A stretch of 64,000 bases of DNA from an uncultured Pseudomonadales bacterium (GTDB lineage: Bacteria > Patescibacteriota > Microgenomatia > UBA1400 > PJMF01), in assembly GCA_964455555.1 (NCBI GenBank), contig CAYVXV010000002.1, positions 3,136-67,135 on the forward strand, read 5' to 3'. This document shows, piece after piece, positions 9,689-19,443 of this stretch. How positions within the stretch are numbered: position 1 is the stretch's first letter; every line of letters starts with the position of its first letter. A program made the translations under genes and the position numbers. A model generated the notes under the pieces. The model saw only the letters and a list, made by a program, of their open reading frames with translations, made no database searches and was not told the DNA's origin.

Positions 9689-10873
9689 ATGTACAAAAAA
9701 ATATTATTGATAGCTTTTGCCGTTTATTTAGTTTCAGCAGGATTATCCTACGCAGTATTTTCCCGGTTCGGCGCCCCTGCGGCACTGACACAGGTACAAG
9801 AAATCCTTCCTGAAGAAGAAACAGCCCTAGGTGCGTTATTGAATATTGATCCAAATGAGCCGAGAAATCAGGCTTGTCCGTTGAGTGGGAAGCTCTTTAC
9901 CAATACTGAGAAACAGGCATGGGAGAAGCGCAGGCCGCTGGCTGTCATGATCGAAAACGCCCCAGATGCCAGGCCTCAATCCGGCCTCAGTTCTGCAGAC
10001 ATAGTGTTTGAGGCTATCGCGGAAGGCGGAGTAACCAGGTTTATGGCAATGTATTATTGCGATGTACAGCGGTTTGACACCACTATCGCTCCGGTCAGAT
10101 CAGCGAGGACCTACTACATTGACTGGGCATCAGGATTTAATTTGCCACTTTATGTTCATGTTGGCGGAGCCAACTTGCCCGGTCCGACCGATGCATTGGG
10201 CCAGATAAATTCGTACGGCTGGGCGCTGCAGAATGACCTCAATCAATTCTCAATTGGCTATCCGACTTTTGTCAGGAATGCCAACCGCCTAGGGAGGCCA
10301 GTTGCAACAGAGCATACCATGGAAACCAGCACGGAAAAACTTTGGGCAGTTGCTGAAAAGAGAGGTTGGACTAATATGTCTCCTTCCAGAAGAGTTGCTG
10401 GCAGGGCGGTTCCTGCCGCAGACTGGAAAGATGGTTTCGAACCATGGAAGTTCCAGGATGGCAAAGCCGGTTCTGGATCTGTTGAAAAAATCTCCTATGA
10501 TTTTTGGTCAGGTTATAAGCAGTACTCAGTGTCTTGGACATATGATTCTGAAACGAACGGATATAAACGAAGCAATGGCGGGGAGGCTCATATTGACCTC
10601 AATAACGACAAACAAGTTGAGGCCAAGAATGTGGTGGTCCTTCTAACTGATGAGCGAGGGCCGGTTAATGAGCTCAAGCACATGATCTACAAAACAGTTG
10701 GTTCGGGCAACGCCCTGATCTTTCAAAACGGAGAAGCTATCAGCGGTAAATGGGTAAAACAGACCCGCCAGGATGAACTGAAGTTCGTTGACATGAAGGG
10801 TCAGCCAATTGAGTTTGTCCGCGGTTTGACCTGGATTTCAGTTGTCGACAACTCAACAAAAGTCGCCTACTAA
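9689..10873 (+). CDS. DUF3048 (YerB-like) membrane-anchored protein
   Basis: RRPLAVMIEN, ARPQSGL, AEGGVTRF, PVRSARTY; SD AAGGAG upstream. Confidence 0.9.
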   Translation: MYKKILLIAFAVYLVSAGLSYAVFSRFGAPAALTQVQEILPEEETALGALLNIDPNEPRNQACPLSGKLFTNTEKQAWEKRRPLAVMIENAPDARPQSGLSSADIVFEAIAEGGVTRFMAMYYCDVQRFDTTIAPVRSARTYYIDWASGFNLPLYVHVGGANLPGPTDALGQINSYGWALQNDLNQFSIGYPTFVRNANRLGRPVATEHTMETSTEKLWAVAEKRGWTNMSPSRRVAGRAVPAADWKDGFEPWKFQDGKAGSGSVEKISYDFWSGYKQYSVSWTYDSETNGYKRSNGGEAHIDLNNDKQVEAKNVVVLLTDERGPVNELKHMIYKTVGSGNALIFQNGEAISGKWVKQTRQDELKFVDMKGQPIEFVRGLTWISVVDNSTKVAY

Positions 10874-10896
10874 CCATCAAAAGTTGCCTACTAGCC
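10857..10896 (+). repeat. Imperfect 19-bp tandem direct repeat (period 21)
   Basis: CAAAAGTCGCCTACTAACC (10857-10875) and CAAAAGTTGCCTACTAGCC (10878-10896). Confidence 0.8.
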
Positions 10897-10948
10897 GTTC
10901 GACATTTCCTCTGCTACTATACAAATAGGAGTACAAAAAGTAATCATT

Positions 10949-11551
10949 ATGGCAGAATTACAAGATTTCATGATTTCCAGGGTTCGGGTAAGGATGATTG
11001 AATTATTTTTCTCTGATCCTGAAGAAATGTATTACGTTCGCGAAATAACGCGCGAAATTAAAGAAGAAATCAATGCTGTTCGCAGAGAATTGGACAGAAT
11101 GCTGGGATCCGGCCTATTAAAAAGTGAGCAACGCGGCAATAGGCTTTATTATTTTCTTAATAAAAGATATCTATACTACGATGAATTGCTGCAAATGGTA
11201 GTCAAAAGTACCGGATTGGGCAAAAAAATCAGAAAATTCAGGCGCAAGCTTGGAAACATCAGCTATGTTATGTTCTCAGGCCAGTTTGTTAAGAGGTTCC
11301 CGCCCAGGCAGGGAGAGGTGGATATTCTTATAATTGGCGAAGTGGTTCTTCAAGAAGTCAACGCGTTAATTAAGGAGGAGGAAAAGAGGCTCGGCAAAGA
11401 GATAAATTACGCTGTCTTTAGCGAAGAGGAGTTTGAGTTTAGAAAGACCAGGAGGGATCCGTTTATTATGGATGTTCTTTTCGGCAGCAGGGTGATGGTT
11501 ATAGGGAGCGAAGAAGAATTTGTTAACCGGCAAACACCCGGAATTTCTTAA
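10949..11551 (+). CDS. Winged-HTH plus minimal nucleotidyltransferase-like protein
   Basis: YYVREITR..INAVRREL..L..GLL HTH; FSGQF..EVDILIIG and LGKEINY MNT-like motifs. Confidence 0.8.
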   Translation: MAELQDFMISRVRVRMIELFFSDPEEMYYVREITREIKEEINAVRRELDRMLGSGLLKSEQRGNRLYYFLNKRYLYYDELLQMVVKSTGLGKKIRKFRRKLGNISYVMFSGQFVKRFPPRQGEVDILIIGEVVLQEVNALIKEEEKRLGKEINYAVFSEEEFEFRKTRRDPFIMDVLFGSRVMVIGSEEEFVNRQTPGIS

Positions 11552-11561
11552 GAACCTAAAT

Positions 11562-12980
11562 ATGTCTAATAGTGTAAGAAACTTTATCCTGATTGTGTTG
11601 CTTTCAGTAGTTTCTGCCTTGATTGCGTTGCCGGAATCTCTCACGCTTAACCTGCCTTTCACAGACGGCTCAAAGAGCATCACTGTTGGTTCACCCGTTA
11701 TCAATACTGTTATTCTGGGAAGGCCCGTTTATAAAAAATTTGAATTCAAACAAGGCCTTGATATTCAGGGTGGAATGCAGGTAGTGCTGAGCGCCGACGT
11801 TTCGGGCATCGCAGACCAGGATCGCTTGACTGCTTTGGATTCTGCAAGAGAAATTATTATGCGCCGCGTTGATCTCTATGGGATCGCTGAGCCCTCGGTT
11901 CAGACCGCAATATCCGGAAATGATTATCGTCTTTTAGTAGAGCTTCCCGGTGTTTCAAATCCTGAAGAAGCCCTTCAGCTGGTCGGCCAGACAGCTGAGT
12001 TGGACTTTAGATTGGTTCAAGAATCAGAGACAACGCCAGATCAAGAAGAACTAACTGAGTTTAATGAAGTAGGGGTTGAAGACTCAACTATAGAACTTGT
12101 CCCCACCGGTATCACTGGTCAGCAGCTAAGACGCGCCAGCGTTCAGTTTGACCAAACAACCGGAGAGCCCGTAGTTTTCTTGGAATTCGATGACAGAGGA
12201 AGGGAAATGTTTTCTGAAGTTACCTCAGAGAATACAGGAGAACTCCTGGGAATATTTATTGATGGCGGCTTAATTATGGCACCCAGAATAAATACACCTA
12301 TTATCGATGGCAAAGCCACTATCACTGGTGGCTTCACTATAGAAGAAGCAAAGCAGTTGAGTATTCAGTTAAATGCCGGTGCCCTTCCGGTGCCAATCGA
12401 GGTATTAGAACAAAGGACCATCGGTGCAAGCCTAGGGCAGGACTCAGTTCAGAAAAGCCTACAGGCCGGCGTTATCGGCATTGGTTTAGTGATGCTCTTT
12501 ATGACTCTTTATTATGGCATGAAGGGAGTTTTGGCCAGCTTGGCACTATTGGTTTACGCCTTACTTACAATTGCTATCTACAAGACTATCGGCGTCACAA
12601 TAACTCTTCCCGGTTTAGCGGGGTTGATTCTTTCAATCGGTATGGCTGTTGATGCAAATATTTTAATTTTTGAGCGGATGAAAGAGGAACTGAGAATTGG
12701 CAAGCCTTTTGCTATAGCCCTTGAGCTTGGTTTTGGCCGTGCTTGGGACAGTATCAAGGATGCTAATCTAGCAACCATAATTACAGCCCTTATTTTAATA
12801 AATCCAATGAACTTTTCATTTCTAAATACCAGCGGTTTAGTCAGGGGTTTTGGTATTACGCTGCTAATCGGAGTGCTTTTGTCTCTATTCACAGGAGTTT
12901 TGGTTACCAGAACCTTTCTCAGGTTGTTTTTGAAGCCCGAGCAGTTTGGTGCGGGTTTAAGTAACGCAAGAAAAGGCTAA
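11562..12980 (+). CDS. secD: Protein translocase subunit SecD
   Basis: GLDIQGG, VELPG, LNAGALP, GMAVDANILIFER; probable ATG at 11562. Confidence 0.96.
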   Translation: MSNSVRNFILIVLLSVVSALIALPESLTLNLPFTDGSKSITVGSPVINTVILGRPVYKKFEFKQGLDIQGGMQVVLSADVSGIADQDRLTALDSAREIIMRRVDLYGIAEPSVQTAISGNDYRLLVELPGVSNPEEALQLVGQTAELDFRLVQESETTPDQEELTEFNEVGVEDSTIELVPTGITGQQLRRASVQFDQTTGEPVVFLEFDDRGREMFSEVTSENTGELLGIFIDGGLIMAPRINTPIIDGKATITGGFTIEEAKQLSIQLNAGALPVPIEVLEQRTIGASLGQDSVQKSLQAGVIGIGLVMLFMTLYYGMKGVLASLALLVYALLTIAIYKTIGVTITLPGLAGLILSIGMAVDANILIFERMKEELRIGKPFAIALELGFGRAWDSIKDANLATIITALILINPMNFSFLNTSGLVRGFGITLLIGVLLSLFTGVLVTRTFLRLFLKPEQFGAGLSNARKG

Positions 12981-12981
12981 T

Positions 12982-13878
12982 ATGCATATCATGAAATACC
13001 GGCCAATATTTTTTGGAATCTCATTGTCCTTGTTAATCCCGAGCATAATCTCCTTAGCAATTTTTGGCCTTAAGCCATCAATTGATTTTACCGGCGGTTC
13101 AATGCTTGAAATATCAGTCAATGAGGGAGTGGTTTTAGAGCGCACGCAAGTGCGGGAGGTACTAGGAGACACTTATGATGTTCAAGCAGTAAAGATGGTG
13201 GGCGAGGGGCAGGTTGACTTTGTCGGACCGTTTATTTCCAACGATCAGAAGGAAGAAGCTCTGCAAAAATTGAGAGATTCATATGGAGAGATAGAGGAGC
13301 TGCGCTTTGAAACTGTTGGCGCCACAGTCAGTGCGGAGCTGATAAAAAAAACTGCCATTGCCATATTTTTGGTTTCAGGGCTTATAACTGTGTACGTCTG
13401 GCATCAATTTAATGATTTTAAGTTTGGGGTTAGTGCTATATTAGCTATGCTTCACGACTCGGTACTATTAATTGGCTTGTTTAGCATATTGGGCCATTTT
13501 TTTGATGTGGAGGTAGATATTTTATTTGTAACCGCCTTATTAACCACTTTGTCATTTTCGATTCACGACACGATTGTAGTTTTTGATAGAGTCCGTGAGC
13601 TTAGAGGCAAAAACAAGAGGGTGCCATTTGACACAGTTGTTAGCACAGCTGTTCTAGAAACCTTAAGCAGGTCAATTAATAACTCGGTCACAATTATAAT
13701 TATGCTGTCTGCATTAGTTCTTCTCGGTGGAGAAACTATCCGTTGGTTTGCCCTAGCATTATTAGCTGGAGCTATTACCGGTACTTATTCCTCTACATTT
13801 ACCGCTGCACCGCTATTATTGCTTTGGGATGATATAGGCGCTAAAAAACGAAGTATAACCCGTAAGAAAAATGTCTGA
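12982..13878 (+). CDS. secF: Protein translocase subunit SecF
   Basis: IDFTGG, LHD, FSIHDTIVVFDRVRE, GTYSS. Confidence 0.96.
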   Translation: MHIMKYRPIFFGISLSLLIPSIISLAIFGLKPSIDFTGGSMLEISVNEGVVLERTQVREVLGDTYDVQAVKMVGEGQVDFVGPFISNDQKEEALQKLRDSYGEIEELRFETVGATVSAELIKKTAIAIFLVSGLITVYVWHQFNDFKFGVSAILAMLHDSVLLIGLFSILGHFFDVEVDILFVTALLTTLSFSIHDTIVVFDRVRELRGKNKRVPFDTVVSTAVLETLSRSINNSVTIIIMLSALVLLGGETIRWFALALLAGAITGTYSSTFTAAPLLLLWDDIGAKKRSITRKKNV

Positions 13879-14350
13879 GGTAAAAAAGTTTTTAAAATAC
13901 CCAACCGGAAAAATTGCTCCAGGAGCCTTCTGCCAGTGTTGCATGCGTTACAACACCCGCAATGTTACCTGCAGTGTGCTGCTGGTAAACAAAAACGAGG
14001 AAATCCTGCTAGTATTAAGAAATTCAGAGCCTTTTAAAGGCCGGTGGGCTTTGCCGGGCGGCTATCTTGATTGGTATGAAACGGTAGAGCAGACTGCCAT
14101 AAGAGAGGTAAGTGAGGAAACAGGCTTAACAGTCAGCGCCCTTGAATTAGCAGGAATCCGATCAGACCTAAGTGCGGGAGATGACCGCCAGAATGTTGAC
14201 ATTTTCTTTTTTAGCCGTGCTTTTAAAGGCAAACTGAACAGTTCAAGCAAAGAAATCAAAAAAACCCACTGGTTTAGCATTAATAGTTTGCCTGATAAAA
14301 TGGCATTTGACCATAAAAGGATAATCAAGGAGTTTGCTTATGAGAGATAA
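13871..14350 (+). CDS. NUDIX hydrolase
   Basis: Nudix box PGGYLDWYETVEQTAIREVSEETGL; MAFDH tail; N-terminal CQCC. Confidence 0.9.
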   Translation: MSEVKKFLKYPTGKIAPGAFCQCCMRYNTRNVTCSVLLVNKNEEILLVLRNSEPFKGRWALPGGYLDWYETVEQTAIREVSEETGLTVSALELAGIRSDLSAGDDRQNVDIFFFSRAFKGKLNSSSKEIKKTHWFSINSLPDKMAFDHKRIIKEFAYER

Positions 14351-14522
14351 AATATCCCAAGCCGAGATTGAGAGCGCAGCTGCCGCTCAGGAGACCAAGA
14401 AAGCCAAGGAGACTGAAAGATATGCCAGCCGGGTGTTACAGTCTGCAGAAGCCGTTAATAAAAGTAGAGCAAAGGACAGAGCCGCCAGAAGGGCTTTGCT
14501 AGGCCTGAAGCCTGAGTCCTAG
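14334..14522 (+). CDS. Small basic helical hypothetical protein
   Basis: 62 aa Ala/Lys/Arg-rich ORF; AGGAG upstream of ATG 14340; fills the gap before cca. Confidence 0.5.
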   Translation: MLMRDKISQAEIESAAAAQETKKAKETERYASRVLQSAEAVNKSRAKDRAARRALLGLKPES

Positions 14523-16096
14523 ATTATCTTTTTTGCCTCATTCAAAAGGGATTCTTTATTGTTAAGCTCAGGATTGTCCAAGACTAACTCAAATAACTGA
14601 GATAATATGTTTCCCAATTCCGGGCCTGGTTCTAACCCGAGCTCAGACATAAGCACATGCCCGTCGATTGCAAGGTCTCTGATTTCCATCGGTTGATTGA
14701 GCTGTTCTATCATTCTTGACTTAAGCTCTTCCAGACGCCAGCTGGTTTTTCTGGCTCCGCTGCCCAGGCGGTCTGCTTCCCTTAAATCCAAAATGTCATC
14801 TATATTTTCCAGCCCAATTTTTCTCATTAACCTTCTAATTGAGGCATCCGTATTTTCCGGTTGGTAGTAAAACATATGGTATCTCACCAAGGCGAAAACG
14901 CGCTCCTGGTTGTGTTTGGACAACCTTAGCCGCTCAGCTATCATTTTAGACATTCTTGACCCGACAATTTCATGGTTGTAAAAAGTAATTTTACCGTCAG
15001 TCTCCTGATATGTTTTAGGTTTGGCAATATCATGGAGAAGTGTTGCCAGCCTGACCACCGGATCCGGAGAAGGGCAGGCTGCCAAAGCGTCAAGGCTATG
15101 GGTCCAGACATCGGTGGTGTGATGCCCGCCTTGCTCAACACCTTTGGCATCCAGAAGTTCGGGGAGTATGTATTCCAGAAGGCCAACTTGATCTAAAATT
15201 TCAATCGCTTCTTTGGGATAATTACTGGAAAGCATTTTTAGGAACTCGGCGCTGATTCGCTCGAAACTAATCTCTGACACTAATATCGAAAGTTTTTCAA
15301 TTGCTCCAAAAGTCTCCTCTTCAATTCTCATGTTCAGCTGAACCGATAGGCGAATAGCTCGAAGCATTCTCAAAGCATCTTCCTCAAAACGCTCGGTGGC
15401 TGACCCTACTGTGCGGATAATGCCTTCCTCTAAGTCTCTGATGCCGCCATGATAATCAATGACTTGGTATTCATCCCGACCTAGCTCAATTTCTTCATGA
15501 GTAATCGCAGCAGCAGCATGCCTGTCCAATATCGGTTCCGATATATTGATAGCTAACGCATTAATAGTAAAGTCACGGCGCTCCAAATCTTCTTCAATAG
15601 TTTGGCCCCATTCAACAGAATCAGGGCGCCTGCGGTCGCTGTAAGCGCCCTCTGAGCGGTAGGTGGTTATCTCAAAATTGCGCTCCACAACAGCATCATG
15701 TTTAAATGCTACTGCCTCAGGAATTTCCAGTGATTCATGAATCTTGGTTGCTTTGGCTAGGTCTATCAAGCGGTTTGATTCAGTTTTAATTTCTTTCACT
15801 GTTGGTTCGGGAAGGTCAAATTGCCGCCTCAGGTCTTCCGGTGTGATCATCACAGTCCCGAACTCATTTTCATAAAAAGCATCAGGAAATAGTGACAATA
15901 TTTCTTCAGGAGAAGCATTAGTGGTAAAGTCGTAATCGTGAGGAGGTTCGATAGCTTGGCCATTACTTCTATCTTGAAGCTGCATCAGCAAATCTCTCAC
16001 TGCACCGCCGACTATATAGCCGTCATAACCCGCATCTTGCAAGGTTTTTAAGATAAAAAGAGGTTCTCGGTTTAGAGTGATGCGGCCATCAAGCAT
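14519..16096 (-). CDS. cca: Class II CCA tRNA nucleotidyltransferase with HD domain
   Basis: VGGAVRD, DYD, RRDFTINA, EDALRMLR, LHDIAK; probable start MLDG at 16096, 7 nt after TATAAT. Confidence 0.92.
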   Translation of the reverse strand: MLDGRITLNREPLFILKTLQDAGYDGYIVGGAVRDLLMQLQDRSNGQAIEPPHDYDFTTNASPEEILSLFPDAFYENEFGTVMITPEDLRRQFDLPEPTVKEIKTESNRLIDLAKATKIHESLEIPEAVAFKHDAVVERNFEITTYRSEGAYSDRRRPDSVEWGQTIEEDLERRDFTINALAINISEPILDRHAAAAITHEEIELGRDEYQVIDYHGGIRDLEEGIIRTVGSATERFEEDALRMLRAIRLSVQLNMRIEEETFGAIEKLSILVSEISFERISAEFLKMLSSNYPKEAIEILDQVGLLEYILPELLDAKGVEQGGHHTTDVWTHSLDALAACPSPDPVVRLATLLHDIAKPKTYQETDGKITFYNHEIVGSRMSKMIAERLRLSKHNQERVFALVRYHMFYYQPENTDASIRRLMRKIGLENIDDILDLREADRLGSGARKTSWRLEELKSRMIEQLNQPMEIRDLAIDGHVLMSELGLEPGPELGNILSQLFELVLDNPELNNKESLLNEAKKII

Positions 16097-16158
16097 AATC
16101 ATCATTATACTAGAAGTCGCCACTTACTAGTAAAAGGGATTTGCAGTAGGATAAGGGC

Positions 16159-17859
16159 ATGAAAAAGCAATGGTTGGTCAAGCACGCGGATCCACCAAAA
16201 ACCCTCGAGGAACTAAAAGCAATTCTACTCAAAAACAGGGGTATAGATGATCATGACGGTTTTATTAATGTTAAAGAACCGGGTTTGCTTAATATTGAGG
16301 AAACAGGCATAAATCCGCTGCAGATGGAAAAAGCGGTAGAACGTCTTTGGCAGGCTCATAAGCAGCAGGAAGACGTATTAGTTTTTGGTGACTATGATGC
16401 GGATGGCATTACAGCCACAGCAATTCTTTGGCTAACTCTGCATAAGCTTGGTTTTAAGTCAAGGCCCTTTGTTCCTCACAGGGAAAAGCATGGTTATGGA
16501 ATTTCGGATAGAGCATTAGACGAAATACTTACAAATAGAAAACCAGATCTGATTGTCACGGTTGACAATGGCATAGTTGCTCATGCTACGGTTGAAAGAC
16601 TCAGAGCAGAAGATGTTGATGTTATTATTACCGATCACCATCAGCCTGAGACCACAAAAAAGGGAAAGGTGCAACTGCCCAAGGCACTCGCAGTAGTGCA
16701 CACTACCAAACTGTGTGGTGCCACAGTTTCCTGGATGCTGGCAAGGGAGCTTGATAAGGAATATACCCGCTATCTACTCGACCTAGCTGGAATAGCTACA
16801 ATAGCTGATCAGGTGCAGCTTACCGGTGCCAATCGCAGTTTTGCCAAATTTGGCCTTGAAGCATTAAAAAAAACCAAGAGGATCGGGTTGCTAAAACTGC
16901 TGGAGGCAGCAGGCATAGATCAAAAGAAAATAACTGCTGCTACTGTGGGTTATAGCATCGCACCTAGGATTAATGCCATGGGCAGGTTGGAGCATGGTAT
17001 GGATGCCCTCAGGCTGTTATGCACCAATAATAAAGCCAGAGCAACAGAACTTGCTGCCTTATTAATGCAGACCAATGTTCGGAGGCAGGATATTACAGAC
17101 GATTTACTGACTGATGCCATACAACAGGTTCAAAATCAGCAGGATGAGCACATAATCATCGTTTCATCTCATGACTACCATGAGGGCGTAATTGGCTTAA
17201 TTGCAGGACGGCTTACTGAGCAATTTTATAAACCAGCTATTGCTATCAGCCTGAATGGCGGTGTCGGCAAGGCATCGGCCAGGAGCGTCAGTGGGGTTAA
17301 TATAGTTGAGCTATTAAGGCAAGTGAGGGATGACCTTTTGGAAGTAGGTGGCCATCCAATGGCAGCGGGGTTTGGCCTTGAAATGAGTAAATTAAAGCAG
17401 GTCAGAGACAAGTTGTTTGCCCTGGCTAAATCAGAAATATCACCTGATCAACTGATCCCAAATATTGCAATAGATTGTTCTTTGCCGTTTTCGTTCGTCC
17501 GCGATGATACGGTTGAGTTTGTGGAAACCCTCTCCCCATTCGGGCAGGGCAATGAGCAGCCAATATTTAAACTGGAGTCAGTAACCGTCATTGAAGCCAA
17601 GCCAATAGGCAGAAATAACAGCCACCTGAAAATTTTGGTTAGGGATGATTTAGACGATTCAAACGGCCAGGGAAACAAGCTTCAAGTGCTCGCTTGGCAA
17701 AAGGGTGAGCAGGCTGCAGAACTTGGGCCGGGCACTGCGATTTCTTTAGCTGGAAAATTTGAGTTCAATTATTGGAATGGGCGCCGCAGCATCCAGATGA
17801 TTATGGAAGATTTGAAACAGGTGTCTGGTGATGAATTAGATGCAACTACCGAGGCCTAA
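16159..17859 (+). CDS. recJ: ssDNA exonuclease RecJ
   Basis: GDYDADG, TVDNG, TDHH, APRINAMGR, GGHPMAAG, PFGQGN. Confidence 0.97.
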   Translation: MKKQWLVKHADPPKTLEELKAILLKNRGIDDHDGFINVKEPGLLNIEETGINPLQMEKAVERLWQAHKQQEDVLVFGDYDADGITATAILWLTLHKLGFKSRPFVPHREKHGYGISDRALDEILTNRKPDLIVTVDNGIVAHATVERLRAEDVDVIITDHHQPETTKKGKVQLPKALAVVHTTKLCGATVSWMLARELDKEYTRYLLDLAGIATIADQVQLTGANRSFAKFGLEALKKTKRIGLLKLLEAAGIDQKKITAATVGYSIAPRINAMGRLEHGMDALRLLCTNNKARATELAALLMQTNVRRQDITDDLLTDAIQQVQNQQDEHIIIVSSHDYHEGVIGLIAGRLTEQFYKPAIAISLNGGVGKASARSVSGVNIVELLRQVRDDLLEVGGHPMAAGFGLEMSKLKQVRDKLFALAKSEISPDQLIPNIAIDCSLPFSFVRDDTVEFVETLSPFGQGNEQPIFKLESVTVIEAKPIGRNNSHLKILVRDDLDDSNGQGNKLQVLAWQKGEQAAELGPGTAISLAGKFEFNYWNGRRSIQMIMEDLKQVSGDELDATTEA

Positions 17860-19318
17860 AAACTCTCTTGATTCTTTTAGCCAGAGACTGGCTTCCAACC
17901 TCTTTGAGGCGGTATTTTTCTCTGAGATCATAAATTATTGATTGTTTGGCATATTCATAGTTGCCTTCCCAATCAGTATCACCGGTGGAATAAATTGAGT
18001 CAGGAAAGAGCATCGTCGAGACCTCAAAAGCTCTCCTTAGTTCAAAAGCACGGTGCGCTAAAGGTTTTTCATAGCTGACTGTCCCATTGACCATGTGTCC
18101 GACCTGCAAATGATAATTTAGGTAGTCATCCATCAGGAAAAAGACCATTTCAACAGGATATGGCACGTCCTTGAAAACAGCCTGTATTCGACGCCATTTA
18201 ATGCTGGATTGGCCTCTTTCATTGCCAGTTTGGTTGTCTTCATAAATGAATTCGCACTCAGGCATCCGCAGTACAAGCTCTAAGACCTGATGATATAGTG
18301 CCTCGAGATCCCGCCGGCTTTCTAGGGCAAATAAACTGCCGTGGTGGTCTTTGACATTATCCACGGAAATGGGTAGATTGTCAGTTAATGACAGCATAAT
18401 TGCTTTAGCTACATTGGATGTGTTCTTTTTTTCACGATAATGATAAAAAATTTTGCTTTCCTCGCCCTCACTATCCTTAAGAACGCGAAAGTGCATTTTT
18501 TGGTGTTTGATATGCCGGCCTCTTCCCGCTCTTTCCGGCTTATTAGTGCTGTATCCCAAGCACCTATTAGTGTGATCATCATGCACAGAATATAAATCTT
18601 GTTCCACTAGATGGCCGATAGGGCCGTCAAATAGCTCTCTCTCCAGTGAACTGTTTATAGTGTTAATCTTGTCCTCAATTTGTGTCAGGCGGCGTTTTTT
18701 CTCGAAAAGCAGCAAAATGTACATTATCAGTAGCTGGCGGTAGGCCTCATACTTATAGCGGTTGTCGACAGATCCGTTCAAGAGCAAAACCTCCATGGTC
18801 AGAAGACTTTCGCTAGAAGGTGTTTGAATAGGGTTAAGCAAGGAATGTTTGCCTTCGCTGTCCGGAAAGGCTAATGCTCTAAAATATTCCACTACAGCAT
18901 TTGCCTCAGCGGCATAGCGCTGCAGTTCAAAACCTAATTGTTTGGGGTCATCTGGCAAAAAAGGAAAATGCTCTTTGTAAAACCTGGCTAAAGCTTTTTT
19001 AACTGGCGCATAATCAAATTCTTCCGAGTGGCCATTTGAGCAACCATTGCTGCTGTAAAGAGAATCATGTTGGAAAATGTCACCTTCGTGATTTTCGACG
19101 TTATTTATTGGTTTGCCGGCAGCCTGATAAATATTTACGAGATCTCTGGTGGTTTCTTTTCCTAATAAGGCTATCATCAGCCTGACAAACCCGGTTGAAT
19201 CCGTTTCAAAGCCGCTCAACAGCTCTGGCTTGAGATATCGACCAGGATTAGGCCTTTTTATAACATCAGCAGCACTTTGAGCTCGTGATGGATGTAATGT
19301 ACTTTCAATATTTGTCAT
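17846..19318 (-). CDS. Divergent RelA/SpoT-synthetase-fold nucleotidyltransferase-like protein
   Basis: R295-x-K-xxx-S-xxx-K305, D324-xx-G, E390 and H422 occur in the order and approximate spacing of RSH Syn motifs. Confidence 0.6.
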   Translation of the reverse strand: MTNIESTLHPSRAQSAADVIKRPNPGRYLKPELLSGFETDSTGFVRLMIALLGKETTRDLVNIYQAAGKPINNVENHEGDIFQHDSLYSSNGCSNGHSEEFDYAPVKKALARFYKEHFPFLPDDPKQLGFELQRYAAEANAVVEYFRALAFPDSEGKHSLLNPIQTPSSESLLTMEVLLLNGSVDNRYKYEAYRQLLIMYILLLFEKKRRLTQIEDKINTINSSLERELFDGPIGHLVEQDLYSVHDDHTNRCLGYSTNKPERAGRGRHIKHQKMHFRVLKDSEGEESKIFYHYREKKNTSNVAKAIMLSLTDNLPISVDNVKDHHGSLFALESRRDLEALYHQVLELVLRMPECEFIYEDNQTGNERGQSSIKWRRIQAVFKDVPYPVEMVFFLMDDYLNYHLQVGHMVNGTVSYEKPLAHRAFELRRAFEVSTMLFPDSIYSTGDTDWEGNYEYAKQSIIYDLREKYRLKEVGSQSLAKRIKRVFRPR

Positions 19319-19332
19319 AATAATATAGCAAT

Positions 19333-19356
19333 AAAAAAAGCCCTTCTTCAGGGCTT
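19333..19356 (-). terminator. Intrinsic terminator (attenuator) upstream of the RSH-like gene
   Basis: Minus strand AAGCCCT-GAAGA-AGGGC followed by T7, ending 14 nt before the ATG at 19318. Confidence 0.8.
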
Positions 19357-19380
19357 ATTCATCAAAACTCACAATAAGCC

Positions 19381-19437
19381 CTAAATAAAGCAGCCCTTAA
19401 GCATAATAACTGAAAATCTACCATGAGCTTTTTGCAT
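19381..19437 (-). CDS. Putative leader peptide (uORF) MQKAHGRFSVIMLKGCFI
   Basis: ATG 6 nt downstream of TATAAT; its TAG stop overlaps the antiterminator strand. Confidence 0.65.
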   Translation of the reverse strand: MQKAHGRFSVIMLKGCFI

Positions 19438-19443
19438 AGGGAT

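Noticed and set aside
10857-10896. Mini-CRISPR array
   Set aside because: Only two 19-bp copies with a 2-nt gap, and no cas genes
11520-11561. N-terminal extensions given by the ORF track (secD 11520; also 26995, 28631, 16123, 42275)
   Set aside because: They overlap upstream genes or promoters; downstream ATGs fit family N-termini or -10 spacing better
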